DNA of 64,000 nt from Phycisphaerae bacterium (lineage in GTDB: Bacteria > Planctomycetota > Phycisphaerae > UBA1845). A program made the translations under genes and the position numbers. Location: assembly GCA_963666835.2 (NCBI GenBank), contig CAXXGO010000006.1:1152001-1216000 (forward strand). Direction: 5' to 3'. Below the pieces are notes generated by a model. It made no database searches and had not been told where the DNA came from. It was given only the letters and a program-made list of their open reading frames with translations. This document shows, piece by piece, positions 29,407 to 37,821 of the stretch. Every line of letters begins with the position of its first letter. Position 1 is the stretch's first letter.

Positions 29407-29669
29407 CGTGTTTCTCCTTGTATCGTTGAGTCTCATTGACTCTCATGGAGTTTCGATGGAGTCCGGAGCGCCGTTGCTTCGGACGGTTCAGGGTCGGTCC
29501 CGAGCCCGCTGCCGGGGGCGAGTTGGGGCGATGATCGGGGTCCTTTCCGCACCCGAAGTTGACTCCGCCCGGTCTGCCGGACGGCTCTGTCCCACGCTCG
29601 ACAACCGTCGACCGCGGGTGAATACGAGCGAGCCCGCGATGTCTGACACCCAAAAAAAGGGGTCGGGAG

Positions 29670-31148
29670 CAATAGTGTTCGGCACTCAGATTGCGTATGG
29701 CGATGGATGCCGCAGAGGAGGGGCGCGGCCTTGTTTCGGTAGTGGGCGTCTTTTGGAGGAGCGTACCGAGAGAAATCCGCGCATGCGCAGCGGCCGGTTC
29801 CGTGCGGGCGCCACGACGCGGCTATGCTTGTGGTTTCAGTTTTTCGATGTGGGCGAGCAACTCCTCATCGTCCGCCAGGCCGCTCATGTGGAAGCAGAGC
29901 ATTTCGTACGTGCGAAGAGTCGGCTTTCGCCCCGTCCATAGCGCGATCAACAAGCATGCGATGATCGCGACATAAGTCTGTATCTCGATTCCATTCTCGC
30001 AGTGGCTCAACAGATGTCGACAGCCCAGTATGTGCTTGAAAAAACGAAAAAACGTCTCGACTGCCCAGCGGTTCTTGTAGATCAGAGCGATGACTTCCGG
30101 CTCGACGTCCATGATGTCGGTAGCCACCAGAAGCACTTCGCCCTGTTCGGGGCCGCCTCGCCCGTTCTTGTGGGTGTGCCGGTGGGGGTTGCACACGATC
30201 TTGACCAGACGCAGGGGCTGATTCAGCCCAGCTCTGGCGGCCTGGCCGCCAGTGAATCGAACAGTTAGATCGCTTTGAACTTCGCCGGCCTTGGCCACGT
30301 GGTCCGCTGAGGACGGGGTCCTGTCCTCAAGAACCTCGTACACGCTGTTGTCACGGACGCGGCACACGAAAGAGGACTTCACCTTAAGAATGTCGGCGAA
30401 CAGCTCGAACTTGGCGTACCCTCGATCCATCACGTACACCCGATCGGGCAGTAGGCTTCTTTGGAGCGCAGCCCGTTCGTTGCCATCGCCGTCCGTGAGG
30501 TCCATGCGGGTTGGCACCCCCTTGAGCAACTCGAAGTGCGTGTGCAGTTTGAGGCCATGCGCACCCTTCACATCGCTCCACATCGCTTGCACGAGCTTGG
30601 GAAGGGCGGATAACACAGTTCCGTCGATCAGCGTGATAATGCCACGGATGTCCTTGAATTCCCGGTTACCCGCAAGGGCCGGCAGTTCGTCGACCACCTC
30701 TTGGATGATGCCGCGAAGCAGGTCGGCGTCAAACACGCGAGCCGCTTCGGAGAGTGAACCGAGTGAGGCTCTCGAGCACCCGAGATTCTTTTGAACTTTC
30801 TTGAGTTCGCTGGTCTGCTGGATCCCGCGCAGGCTCGTCACGATCGGGTTGAAGAAATACAGCAGGATGAGTGCGGCGTACTGGTCGTAGTGCAAATCGC
30901 GGTTGCCGGCCCGATCCCGTTCACACGCCGTATCGTGCAGCCGCTCCAGAATCCTGTTGAGGAACTTGAAGTGCTTGAAGCCCCTCAAGTCAGGCTCCTC
31001 GATCTTCTTCTTGCGCCTTCCCGCCATGGACCCGATTATGCGCGACCGGCGGCGCGAGCGCAAGCAAAGCCTGGCGCGAATTTGTCGTGCCGAAGCGGGG
31101 CTTGACGGTATCGTCAATCAAACGCAATCTGAGTGCCGAACACTATTG
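29670..31148 (-). mobile_element. IS4-family insertion sequence, 1479 bp
   Basis: 27-bp perfect terminal IRs CAATAGTGTTCGGCACTCAGATTGCGT (29670-29696, 31122-31148); 9-bp TSD GGTCGGGAG (29661-29669, 31149-31157). Confidence 0.95.
29822..31027 (-). CDS. IS4-family DDE transposase
   Basis: IDGT, MDRGY, YKNRWAVETFFRFFK (YREK signature). Confidence 0.95.
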   Translation of the reverse strand: MAGRRKKKIEEPDLRGFKHFKFLNRILERLHDTACERDRAGNRDLHYDQYAALILLYFFNPIVTSLRGIQQTSELKKVQKNLGCSRASLGSLSEAARVFDADLLRGIIQEVVDELPALAGNREFKDIRGIITLIDGTVLSALPKLVQAMWSDVKGAHGLKLHTHFELLKGVPTRMDLTDGDGNERAALQRSLLPDRVYVMDRGYAKFELFADILKVKSSFVCRVRDNSVYEVLEDRTPSSADHVAKAGEVQSDLTVRFTGGQAARAGLNQPLRLVKIVCNPHRHTHKNGRGGPEQGEVLLVATDIMDVEPEVIALIYKNRWAVETFFRFFKHILGCRHLLSHCENGIEIQTYVAIIACLLIALWTGRKPTLRTYEMLCFHMSGLADDEELLAHIEKLKPQA

Positions 31149-31244
31149 GGTCGGGAGTCTTTTTCTGGCTTGAACGGGGACGCGGAAGCTGAGAGAATAA
31201 CGTACGGCTTCGAAGGGGGTGTTCGGCATGACGTATTCCGAAGA

Positions 31245-31361
31245 AAAAAGGGGTCGGGAGTCTTTTTCTCTCCAGTTCTTGTGTTGGTGTGCGATGCTTG
31301 CGCAAGAACTGCCTTGTATGAGGCGAACGTGGGCCGAGAAAAAGACTCCCGACCCCTTTTT
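31245..31361. repeat. ~120-bp inverted-repeat element (MITE/REPIN-like), copy 1
   Basis: 26-bp perfect IR AAAAAGGGGTCGGGAGTCTTTTTCTC around a conserved ~65-bp core. Confidence 0.9.
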
Positions 31362-31379
31362 GGGGGGTCGCCGGTGAGT

Positions 31380-31952
31380 ATGACTACGCGGCCGAGTCTG
31401 TTGCAGCGGGTGCGAGACCGCCGAGACGGCGCGAGCTGGCGGGAGTTCGTCGAGATCTACCAGCCGCTCATATATCGATACGCCCGGGCGCGGGGCTTGA
31501 ACCGCGAGATGGCCGAGGAGGTTGCGCAGCAGTGCATGGTACTGCTGGCCGAGAAGATGCCGGCCTTCGAATACTCCCGCGAGAAGGGCGGGTTCAAACA
31601 CTGGCTGCGCCGGGTCGCCAACAACCGCATCAACGACTTCTTCAAGAAGAAGAAGCTGCCGGTGGCCCAGACCGCCGATTTCCGCCGGCCACAAGAGCGA
31701 GAGGAGTCCTTCGACGAAATCTGGGAGCGCCAGTGGCAGAAGAAGCACCTGACGTATTGCCTGAACCTCATCCGCGACAGCGTGGCTCCGACGACCTATC
31801 GGGCGTTTGAATGCCATGTGCTGATCGGCTGGCCCGTGGAGAAGGTGGCCGAGACGCTCGAGCTATCCGCGGATCAAGTCTACGCGGCCAAGTCGCGGAT
31901 CACCCGCAAGCTGCGCAGCAAGATGCGCGAGCTGCTCGGCGACGACGCGTGA
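31380..31952 (+). CDS. ECF sigma factor (planctomycete kinase-associated type)
   Basis: TRPSLL.RVRD...W.EF...Y.PLI, F..WL..V..N, C-terminal HTH ending VY.AKSR. Confidence 0.9.
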   Translation: MTTRPSLLQRVRDRRDGASWREFVEIYQPLIYRYARARGLNREMAEEVAQQCMVLLAEKMPAFEYSREKGGFKHWLRRVANNRINDFFKKKKLPVAQTADFRRPQEREESFDEIWERQWQKKHLTYCLNLIRDSVAPTTYRAFECHVLIGWPVEKVAETLELSADQVYAAKSRITRKLRSKMRELLGDDA

Positions 31953-32080
31953 AAGAAGGGGTTCAGGAGTCTCTTTCTCCCGTATTCTCCTCTGCTCTCA
32001 TGTTGGTCTGCGATGCTTGGGTGCAAGTTGCGTTGTGCGCGGCGGATGTGCGCCGAGAAAAGACTCCCGACCCCTTTTTT
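31953..32080. repeat. inverted-repeat element, copy 2
   Basis: Degenerate left arm, same core (TGTTGGTCTGCGATGC), intact right arm. Confidence 0.85.
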
Positions 32081-32209
32081 GGGGACGACAGGACCGAGAG
32101 TCCATTCTCGGTCCTGATAGGCCGCCGAGAAACGAATCTCGGCCGGAGACTCGGAACCACTCGCCGATTGCCGCTGCTGCATCGAGCAACGGTCCGTGGC
32201 CTCACGTAC

Positions 32210-33256
32210 TTAGCTTGTACCCGTGTCGGGTTCTTGCCTTCTCCTGATCACGCAGGTCGCGGCCGAGACGAGCAGAAGAGCCATCACGATCATCCCCCAG
32301 CCGGACACCGTTGGCGTTTCTCCGGGTCCGGGATCGGGGTTAATGACGCGTAACACGCTGATCCAGGTTTCTGCGGTACCATTTTCGAAGATGATCGCGT
32401 GTCTGCCGTCGATCATGGCATCTCGATCTTCTATCGAAGTCAAGGTGTATGTGCCGTGCATCGGGTTTTCGCAATCCGAGGTTCCGACCGTACCGCACAG
32501 ATCGGCGGCCACATGCGATTCCTCGGCGTTGCAGGTTGCGTAACCAACATCAACGCGGGTCCTTCCGGTGAAGCTCCCCGGCGATGTGGTCGGATCGAAA
32601 TCGATGTCATACTCCACTTCCCACGTGGCTGAGTTCAGCGTCATGTAGCCCCCCACATCCGGATCCGGATTACCGGGATCCTCCGTGCATGACGTGTGCA
32701 TGGCCATACGGTAATGCGAGGGCGGATCTTTGGCGAGGCCGGCCCAGGCTTCTCCGCCGGCGCCCTGGTGAGTCGTATCGGCGTTGAACGTAACGGTCCC
32801 GTTGCCCAGGTCATCCAGTTCGTCCGGGAGTATGGTGAAGGTGCCCTTCAGGGGATTGGGGCAACTTCCGGTACAGATCGTGTGGATGAGGTCCGCCGAG
32901 GCTGTGCTGCAAGTCGGATAGCCGGCGGCGTTCGCATACACGGCGGCGTTGTCGATCGTAACGTCTCCGCCGGGTGGGTCGGGTGCCACAATTCTGACGT
33001 AGTAGGTCACCTTCATGGTTATGGTATTGACGTCGAAGACGCCATATATTACGGGATCTGCTCCCGAGGGGTCGCCGGAGTCCAACATGGAGCATTGCTC
33101 GTCGAGCAGTGGAGCATAGCGGAACTCTACGGCGTAGACCGGCGAACTCGCCAGCATCATTAGAACTGTCACGCCGAGCGAAAGATGACGCAAGCGTGTC
33201 CGTTTCTCGGTGGGGATACGGGCTCGAGCCCGCCTTTTTGATTTACCGAAGTTCAT
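32210..33256 (-). CDS. secreted protein with two divergent CHRD-like domains and IPTL-CTERM (paralog A)
   Basis: GGAGGAG SD, signal peptide, internal duplication, TPTVSGWGMIVMALLL...RRR tail. Confidence 0.8.
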   Translation of the reverse strand: MNFGKSKRRARARIPTEKRTRLRHLSLGVTVLMMLASSPVYAVEFRYAPLLDEQCSMLDSGDPSGADPVIYGVFDVNTITMKVTYYVRIVAPDPPGGDVTIDNAAVYANAAGYPTCSTASADLIHTICTGSCPNPLKGTFTILPDELDDLGNGTVTFNADTTHQGAGGEAWAGLAKDPPSHYRMAMHTSCTEDPGNPDPDVGGYMTLNSATWEVEYDIDFDPTTSPGSFTGRTRVDVGYATCNAEESHVAADLCGTVGTSDCENPMHGTYTLTSIEDRDAMIDGRHAIIFENGTAETWISVLRVINPDPGPGETPTVSGWGMIVMALLLVSAATCVIRRRQEPDTGTS

Positions 33257-33290
33257 CCGTTCTCCTCCAGGACTAAAAGGGGGTCGGACT

Positions 33291-33406
33291 AAAAGGGGGT
33301 CGGGAGTCTCTTGTCTCCTGTTGTCGTGTTAGTCTGCGGTGCATGTGCCCAAGTTCCTCTGTGCGAGGCGGACGTGCGGCGAGAAAAGACTCCCGACCCC
33401 TTTTTT
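33291..33406. repeat. inverted-repeat element, copy 3
   Basis: Same arms and core; GGACTAAAAGGGGGTC duplicated in tandem at 33270-33301. Confidence 0.85.
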
Positions 33407-34378
33407 GAAGACGAGGGTTCCGCCAATGCACAGCATAAGCACCATCACGATCATTCCCCATTCGGACGTCGTTGGTACGTCAGGAAACTGATCAGCGGGC
33501 ACGACGTCGATCCAGATGGTAGCGGTTCCGTCGTCAAGGACGACGGTGTGGCGTCCGGCCAGCATGGCGTCTTTGTCGGCCACGGTCGCCAGGTTATACG
33601 TGCCGTGCATCGGGCTGTCACAGGCCGGTGTTCCCCCGGTGCCGCAAAGGTCGGCAACTTCGCCGCCGGCGTCACACGATACGTAATCGACATCGACGTA
33701 GACCTTGCCCGTGAACCCTCCCGGTGCGCCGCTCGGATTAAAACCGATATCGAATTCCACATTACCGGTGGCGTAGTCCAGTTTGAAATACCCGGCTACT
33801 TCCGGATCGGGGTTGGGGGGATCTTCCGTGCATTCGGCGTGAGCGCTGGCGCGGCAGTGTCCGGGTGGGTCTTTGAGCAGATCCACCCAGACCTCGCCGC
33901 TGACCGCTTGATGGGTCGTGCTGATGAACACGGAGTGGGTCTGACCAACCATGTCGTTCAGCTCTTGGGCCGTAAGACTATAGCTGCCGTACAGGGGGTT
34001 GGGACAGCTTCCGTTGCACAGTGTCTCGACGATGGTGGCCGAAGCTGTGCTGCACGTCGGATAGCCGGTAACACCGGAGTAGACCGTGGCGTCATCGATC
34101 GTAAGGTCTCCGCTCGGTGGTACCACTCTGATGTAGTACGTCAGCCTCCGAGGCGTGGCGCTAATATCGAATACGCCGTACACCGTCGGGTCGGGGGCAG
34201 ACGGGTTCCCGGGGTCAAGCTTGGTGCATCCGGCGTCGAGCAGTGGATCGTAGCAGAACTCGACGGCGTGTACGGGCAAGCTCGCCAGTGCAGTGAAGAC
34301 GATAGCGCCGAAGCGAAAAAAGGGGTCGGGAGTCTTTTCTCTCCCCCGCACGCCTTTTTTAGGCTGTGACGTGAACAT
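33329..34378 (-). CDS. secreted protein with two divergent CHRD-like domains and IPTL-CTERM (paralog B)
   Basis: Clear paralog of 32210-33256; VPTTSEWGMIVMVLML tail; GGAG SD. Confidence 0.8.
   Translation of the reverse strand: MFTSQPKKGVRGREKTPDPFFRFGAIVFTALASLPVHAVEFCYDPLLDAGCTKLDPGNPSAPDPTVYGVFDISATPRRLTYYIRVVPPSGDLTIDDATVYSGVTGYPTCSTASATIVETLCNGSCPNPLYGSYSLTAQELNDMVGQTHSVFISTTHQAVSGEVWVDLLKDPPGHCRASAHAECTEDPPNPDPEVAGYFKLDYATGNVEFDIGFNPSGAPGGFTGKVYVDVDYVSCDAGGEVADLCGTGGTPACDSPMHGTYNLATVADKDAMLAGRHTVVLDDGTATIWIDVVPADQFPDVPTTSEWGMIVMVLMLCIGGTLVFKKGVGSLFSPHVRLAQRNLGTCTAD
34316..34341. repeat. solo repeat arm inside paralog B
   Basis: AAAAAAGGGGTCGGGAGTCTTTTCTC, read as EKTPDPFF in the gene. 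Confidence 0.85.
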
Positions 34379-34392
34379 GGCTCTTCTCCGAG

Positions 34393-34508
34393 AAAAAAGG
34401 GGTCGGGAGTCTTTTCTCTCCTATTCTTGTGTTGGTCTGCGATGCGTGTGCGCAAGTTCCTCTGCACGAAACGAATGTGCGCGGAGAAAAGACTCCCGAC
34501 CCCTTTTT
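34393..34508. repeat. inverted-repeat element, copy 4
   Basis: Same arms and core. Confidence 0.9.
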
Positions 34509-34678
34509 GGGGCCGATCTACAACGGCCTCGATTCTAACGGGTCGTTGTGGGCGAGGCAAAGCAAATCTCTCCTACACGCGGAGCGCTCGAATGCCGGCG
34601 CGTGACGCACGCCGTTTGACCGACTATGATCACACGAACAGGAACTCCCGGGCAACTTGCACTTCAAAGGATATCGCA

Positions 34679-37261
34679 GTGTGCGACCCCGAGCGCGAGT
34701 CATCTTCCGACCATCGCTCTGCGAATGACCAGTCGCCAACCGCCGGTGATGAGGCGCTGCTTGCGCGCGCTAAGGAGGCGTTCGACGACATCGGTAGCAG
34801 TCGCCGTTCTGTATCCGCTGCCGGGCGTCCGATGATGGTGGGAGCCTACCGCGTCGTCTCCGTGCTCGGCGAGGGAGGGATGGGGATAGTCTATGAGGCG
34901 GAGCAACAGCACCCTAAAAGACCGGTTGCGCTGAAGGTGGTGCGTAGCGAGCGGCGGATCGATCAGCATTACATTCGTTTGTTCCAGCGGGAGGCCCAGA
35001 CTCTGGCGCGGGTCCGGCACCCGAACATCGCGGCCATCTACGAGTCCGGCTGCACGAACGGTGGGCAGCATTTCTTTGCCATGGAATTGGTGCGGGGTGT
35101 ACGCTTGAACGCATACGTTCAAGCCCGCGGGCTGAATCTCCGGGAACGCCTGGAGATGTTCTGTGTCATCTGCGAGGCGATCAACTATGCCCATCAACGT
35201 GGGGTGATTCACCGGGACCTCAAACCGTCGAATATCCTGATCGACGCGGACGGACATCCGAAGATCCTCGATTTCGGGCTGGCTCGGATAACCGACGTGG
35301 ACATCGCGGTTACGACGATTGTAACTGAGGTCGGGCGGATCCAAGGCACTCTGCCCTACATGAGCCCGGAGCAGGCCCGCGGCAATCCGGACGAGATTGA
35401 CCTGAGGAGCGATGTCTACTCGTTGGGCGTAATCCTCTACGAGCTGGCCACCGATGCGCTGCCGTACGATACCTCGGGCACCATGCTTCACGAGACGGTG
35501 CGCTGCATCTGCGAGGACGAACCGCGCCGCCCGAGTGCCGTTAAGCGCAGCCTCCGCGGTGATCTCGAGACGGTCATACTCAAGGCACTTTCCAAGGAGC
35601 CGGCTCGCCGTTATGCCAGCGCATCGGCACTAGGTGAGGACGTCGAACGCTATCTGGCGAACCAGCCGATCCTCGCCCGTCCCCCCAGCAGCCTCTATCA
35701 GATCCGCAAACTGGTTGCCCGCCACAAGGCGCCTTCGGTGTTCGCGGTCGTCGTGCTTGTGCTGATCGCCTCTTTCGGAGTGTGGATGCGGTCACTCTAC
35801 CAGGCGGAGCACGTTCAGCGCCGCATCGCTATTGAGAACCGGGATCTGGCTCTCGAAGCGGAAAGCCGCGCTGCGAAAGAGGCCGCCACGGCCACCCAGG
35901 TAGTGCGCTTCCTTGAAGGGCTGTTCTCGGCGTCTGATCCGAATCAGACGCGAAGAAGAGAGATCACCGCGCGTGAGATTCTCGATCGGGGGGCCGCGCG
36001 GATCTCGTCAGAGCTTGACGGGCAACCCGCGGTCGAGGCTGGGATCAGAGACGTTATCGGTGTCGTGTATCGACGCCTGGGGTTGTACGATCAGGCGACC
36101 GAGCAATTGAAGGAGGCCGTGCGTCTGCGCCGCGCGGTCTTCGGTGATGAGCACCTTGAATTGGCCGACAGCCTCTACGAGTTGGCTCTGTCGGTGAAAC
36201 ACCAAGCGGACTACGACGACGCAGAGGAGCTGCTTCGGGAAGCTCTGACGATCCGCCGATCTTTGCTGGGGAATGAGGATCCGCTGGTGGCTTGGACCCT
36301 GCTGGTTTTGGGGGCGACTCAAGTGAACAAGGGTGACTACGCCCTGGCCGAGCCATCCCTGCGCGAAGCTCTCGCCATCCAACAGAAAGTGCTCGGGGCA
36401 GAGGACGAGCACGTGTCCGTGACTTTGCAGAAGCTGGGGGATTTGCGGTGCATTCGCGGGGACTATGTGGAGGCGGAGGCTCTGGTCCGCCGGGCTCTGG
36501 CGATGCGCATCAGGTTGCTGGGCGAAGAGCACCCCGATGTCGAGGACGGGCACGAGTCCTTAGCCGCCGTGTTGCGCGCCACGGGCAGGTATGTCGAGGC
36601 TGAGCAGGAGATTCGCGGAGCCCAGGAGATTACGGGAAGCACGTTCAAGGATGAGCACCCGTACTCGGCCTCCGTGTTGGTGTGGCTGGGTGGACTACGC
36701 CACGACCAGAGTGACCTGGCCGCGGCGGAGTCCCACCTCCGGCGCGCGTTGGCTTTGTACGGCGAACGTCTGCAGCCGGATCACCCGCACGTGGGCAGCA
36801 CCAAGAACGAGTTGGCATGGGTCCGGCTGGATCAGGCGGATTATGTCGAGGCAGAGTCACTCTTTCTCGAGGCCCGGACGATTTACCGGGTTAGCTTGGG
36901 TGAGAAACACCCTCGCGTTGGGAGTCCGACCCTTGGGCTAGCCCGAGCGACGCTGGCGCGGGGAGACCTGCGGCGGGCCGAGGCTCTCGCGCGGGAGGTG
37001 GAGTCCATCTATCGAGACGTCTTTGCGGACGGGCATTGGGCGGTTGCCTCCGCCGAGAGCGTTCTCGGTGCGGTTCTAACTGCGCGGGGGAGTTACGATG
37101 AGGCCGAGCCCCTGGTGAAAGGTGGTTACTCGGCGATGAAGGCGGTGCGCGGCCCGCAGGACCGCTATGTTCTGCAGGCTCTGGAACGTGTGATCGAGTT
37201 GTATGAGGCGTGGGGCAAGCCGGACGAGGTCGCTGCGTGGCAGGCCCGGCGGAAGGACTGA
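34679..37261 (+). CDS. Hanks-type Ser/Thr kinase with TM and TPR array (start uncertain)
   Basis: GEGGMG, VALK, HRDLKPSN, DFG, GTLPYMSPE, TM, ~42-aa HP.VA-type TPRs. Confidence 0.93.
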   Translation: MCDPERESSSDHRSANDQSPTAGDEALLARAKEAFDDIGSSRRSVSAAGRPMMVGAYRVVSVLGEGGMGIVYEAEQQHPKRPVALKVVRSERRIDQHYIRLFQREAQTLARVRHPNIAAIYESGCTNGGQHFFAMELVRGVRLNAYVQARGLNLRERLEMFCVICEAINYAHQRGVIHRDLKPSNILIDADGHPKILDFGLARITDVDIAVTTIVTEVGRIQGTLPYMSPEQARGNPDEIDLRSDVYSLGVILYELATDALPYDTSGTMLHETVRCICEDEPRRPSAVKRSLRGDLETVILKALSKEPARRYASASALGEDVERYLANQPILARPPSSLYQIRKLVARHKAPSVFAVVVLVLIASFGVWMRSLYQAEHVQRRIAIENRDLALEAESRAAKEAATATQVVRFLEGLFSASDPNQTRRREITAREILDRGAARISSELDGQPAVEAGIRDVIGVVYRRLGLYDQATEQLKEAVRLRRAVFGDEHLELADSLYELALSVKHQADYDDAEELLREALTIRRSLLGNEDPLVAWTLLVLGATQVNKGDYALAEPSLREALAIQQKVLGAEDEHVSVTLQKLGDLRCIRGDYVEAEALVRRALAMRIRLLGEEHPDVEDGHESLAAVLRATGRYVEAEQEIRGAQEITGSTFKDEHPYSASVLVWLGGLRHDQSDLAAAESHLRRALALYGERLQPDHPHVGSTKNELAWVRLDQADYVEAESLFLEARTIYRVSLGEKHPRVGSPTLGLARATLARGDLRRAEALAREVESIYRDVFADGHWAVASAESVLGAVLTARGSYDEAEPLVKGGYSAMKAVRGPQDRYVLQALERVIELYEAWGKPDEVAAWQARRKD

Positions 37262-37306
37262 GCGATCGGGGGGGGGACCGAACTTGCCAGTCGCACGGCC
37301 GCGGCG

Positions 37307-37821
37307 GGGTCGACCCCTCGTTGTTCTACGCATCATTCGACGCATTCACCAACTGCAGCCGTTCGATCTCTGATCTCGATTCTCCAGCCCGAAGGGCTCA
37401 GATGAAGTAGCCGGGGGCAACGCCGCGCAGCGGACGCCGCCCCCGGACCCGATCCCCGCAACCTCCCTGACTCTAGGGGTCAAATGGGCCCGGCGAATGT
37501 GCCTCGCGACACCCGCTTCGTAGGGCACGGTCGAGGAACGAGACCTGCCATCGGTTTCTTAAAGAGGTTGGGCAGCGGAAACAGACGCGTGGTTCATCAA
37601 CGCCGCCTCTCTCGCCCTTCAGGGTGATTGGGGTTGTTGGGCTCCCACCCGGGGGCGGCGGCCGCTGCGCGGCGTTGCCCCCGGCTACTATCTTGCAGGC
37701 TTTCAGCCTGAACAACGAACCGGCCTGCAGCTTGTCAGGCTGGGGAATGCGTCGCCGCGGAGTCGGACGGATACGCTTCGCTCGCCCGGCAAAGATGTGT
37801 AGAACAACGAGGGATCAACCC
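37307..37821. repeat. nested inverted repeats (REP-like) between convergent genes
   Basis: Outer 28-bp IR 37307-37334/37794-37821 (25/28); inner 40-bp IR 37407-37446/37649-37688 (39/40). Confidence 0.8.

Noticed and set aside
30903..31379. Long N-terminal extension of the ECF sigma in the ORF track
   Set aside because: It runs through the IS end and repeat element; sigma similarity starts at ATG 31380
31245..34508. Repeats as a CRISPR array or integron attC sites
   Set aside because: Arms alternate in orientation, cores are homologous rather than unique spacers, no attC core ends were recognised, and no cas or intI gene is present
34427..34678. N-terminal extension of the kinase
   Set aside because: It starts inside repeat element 4; a later start is more plausible
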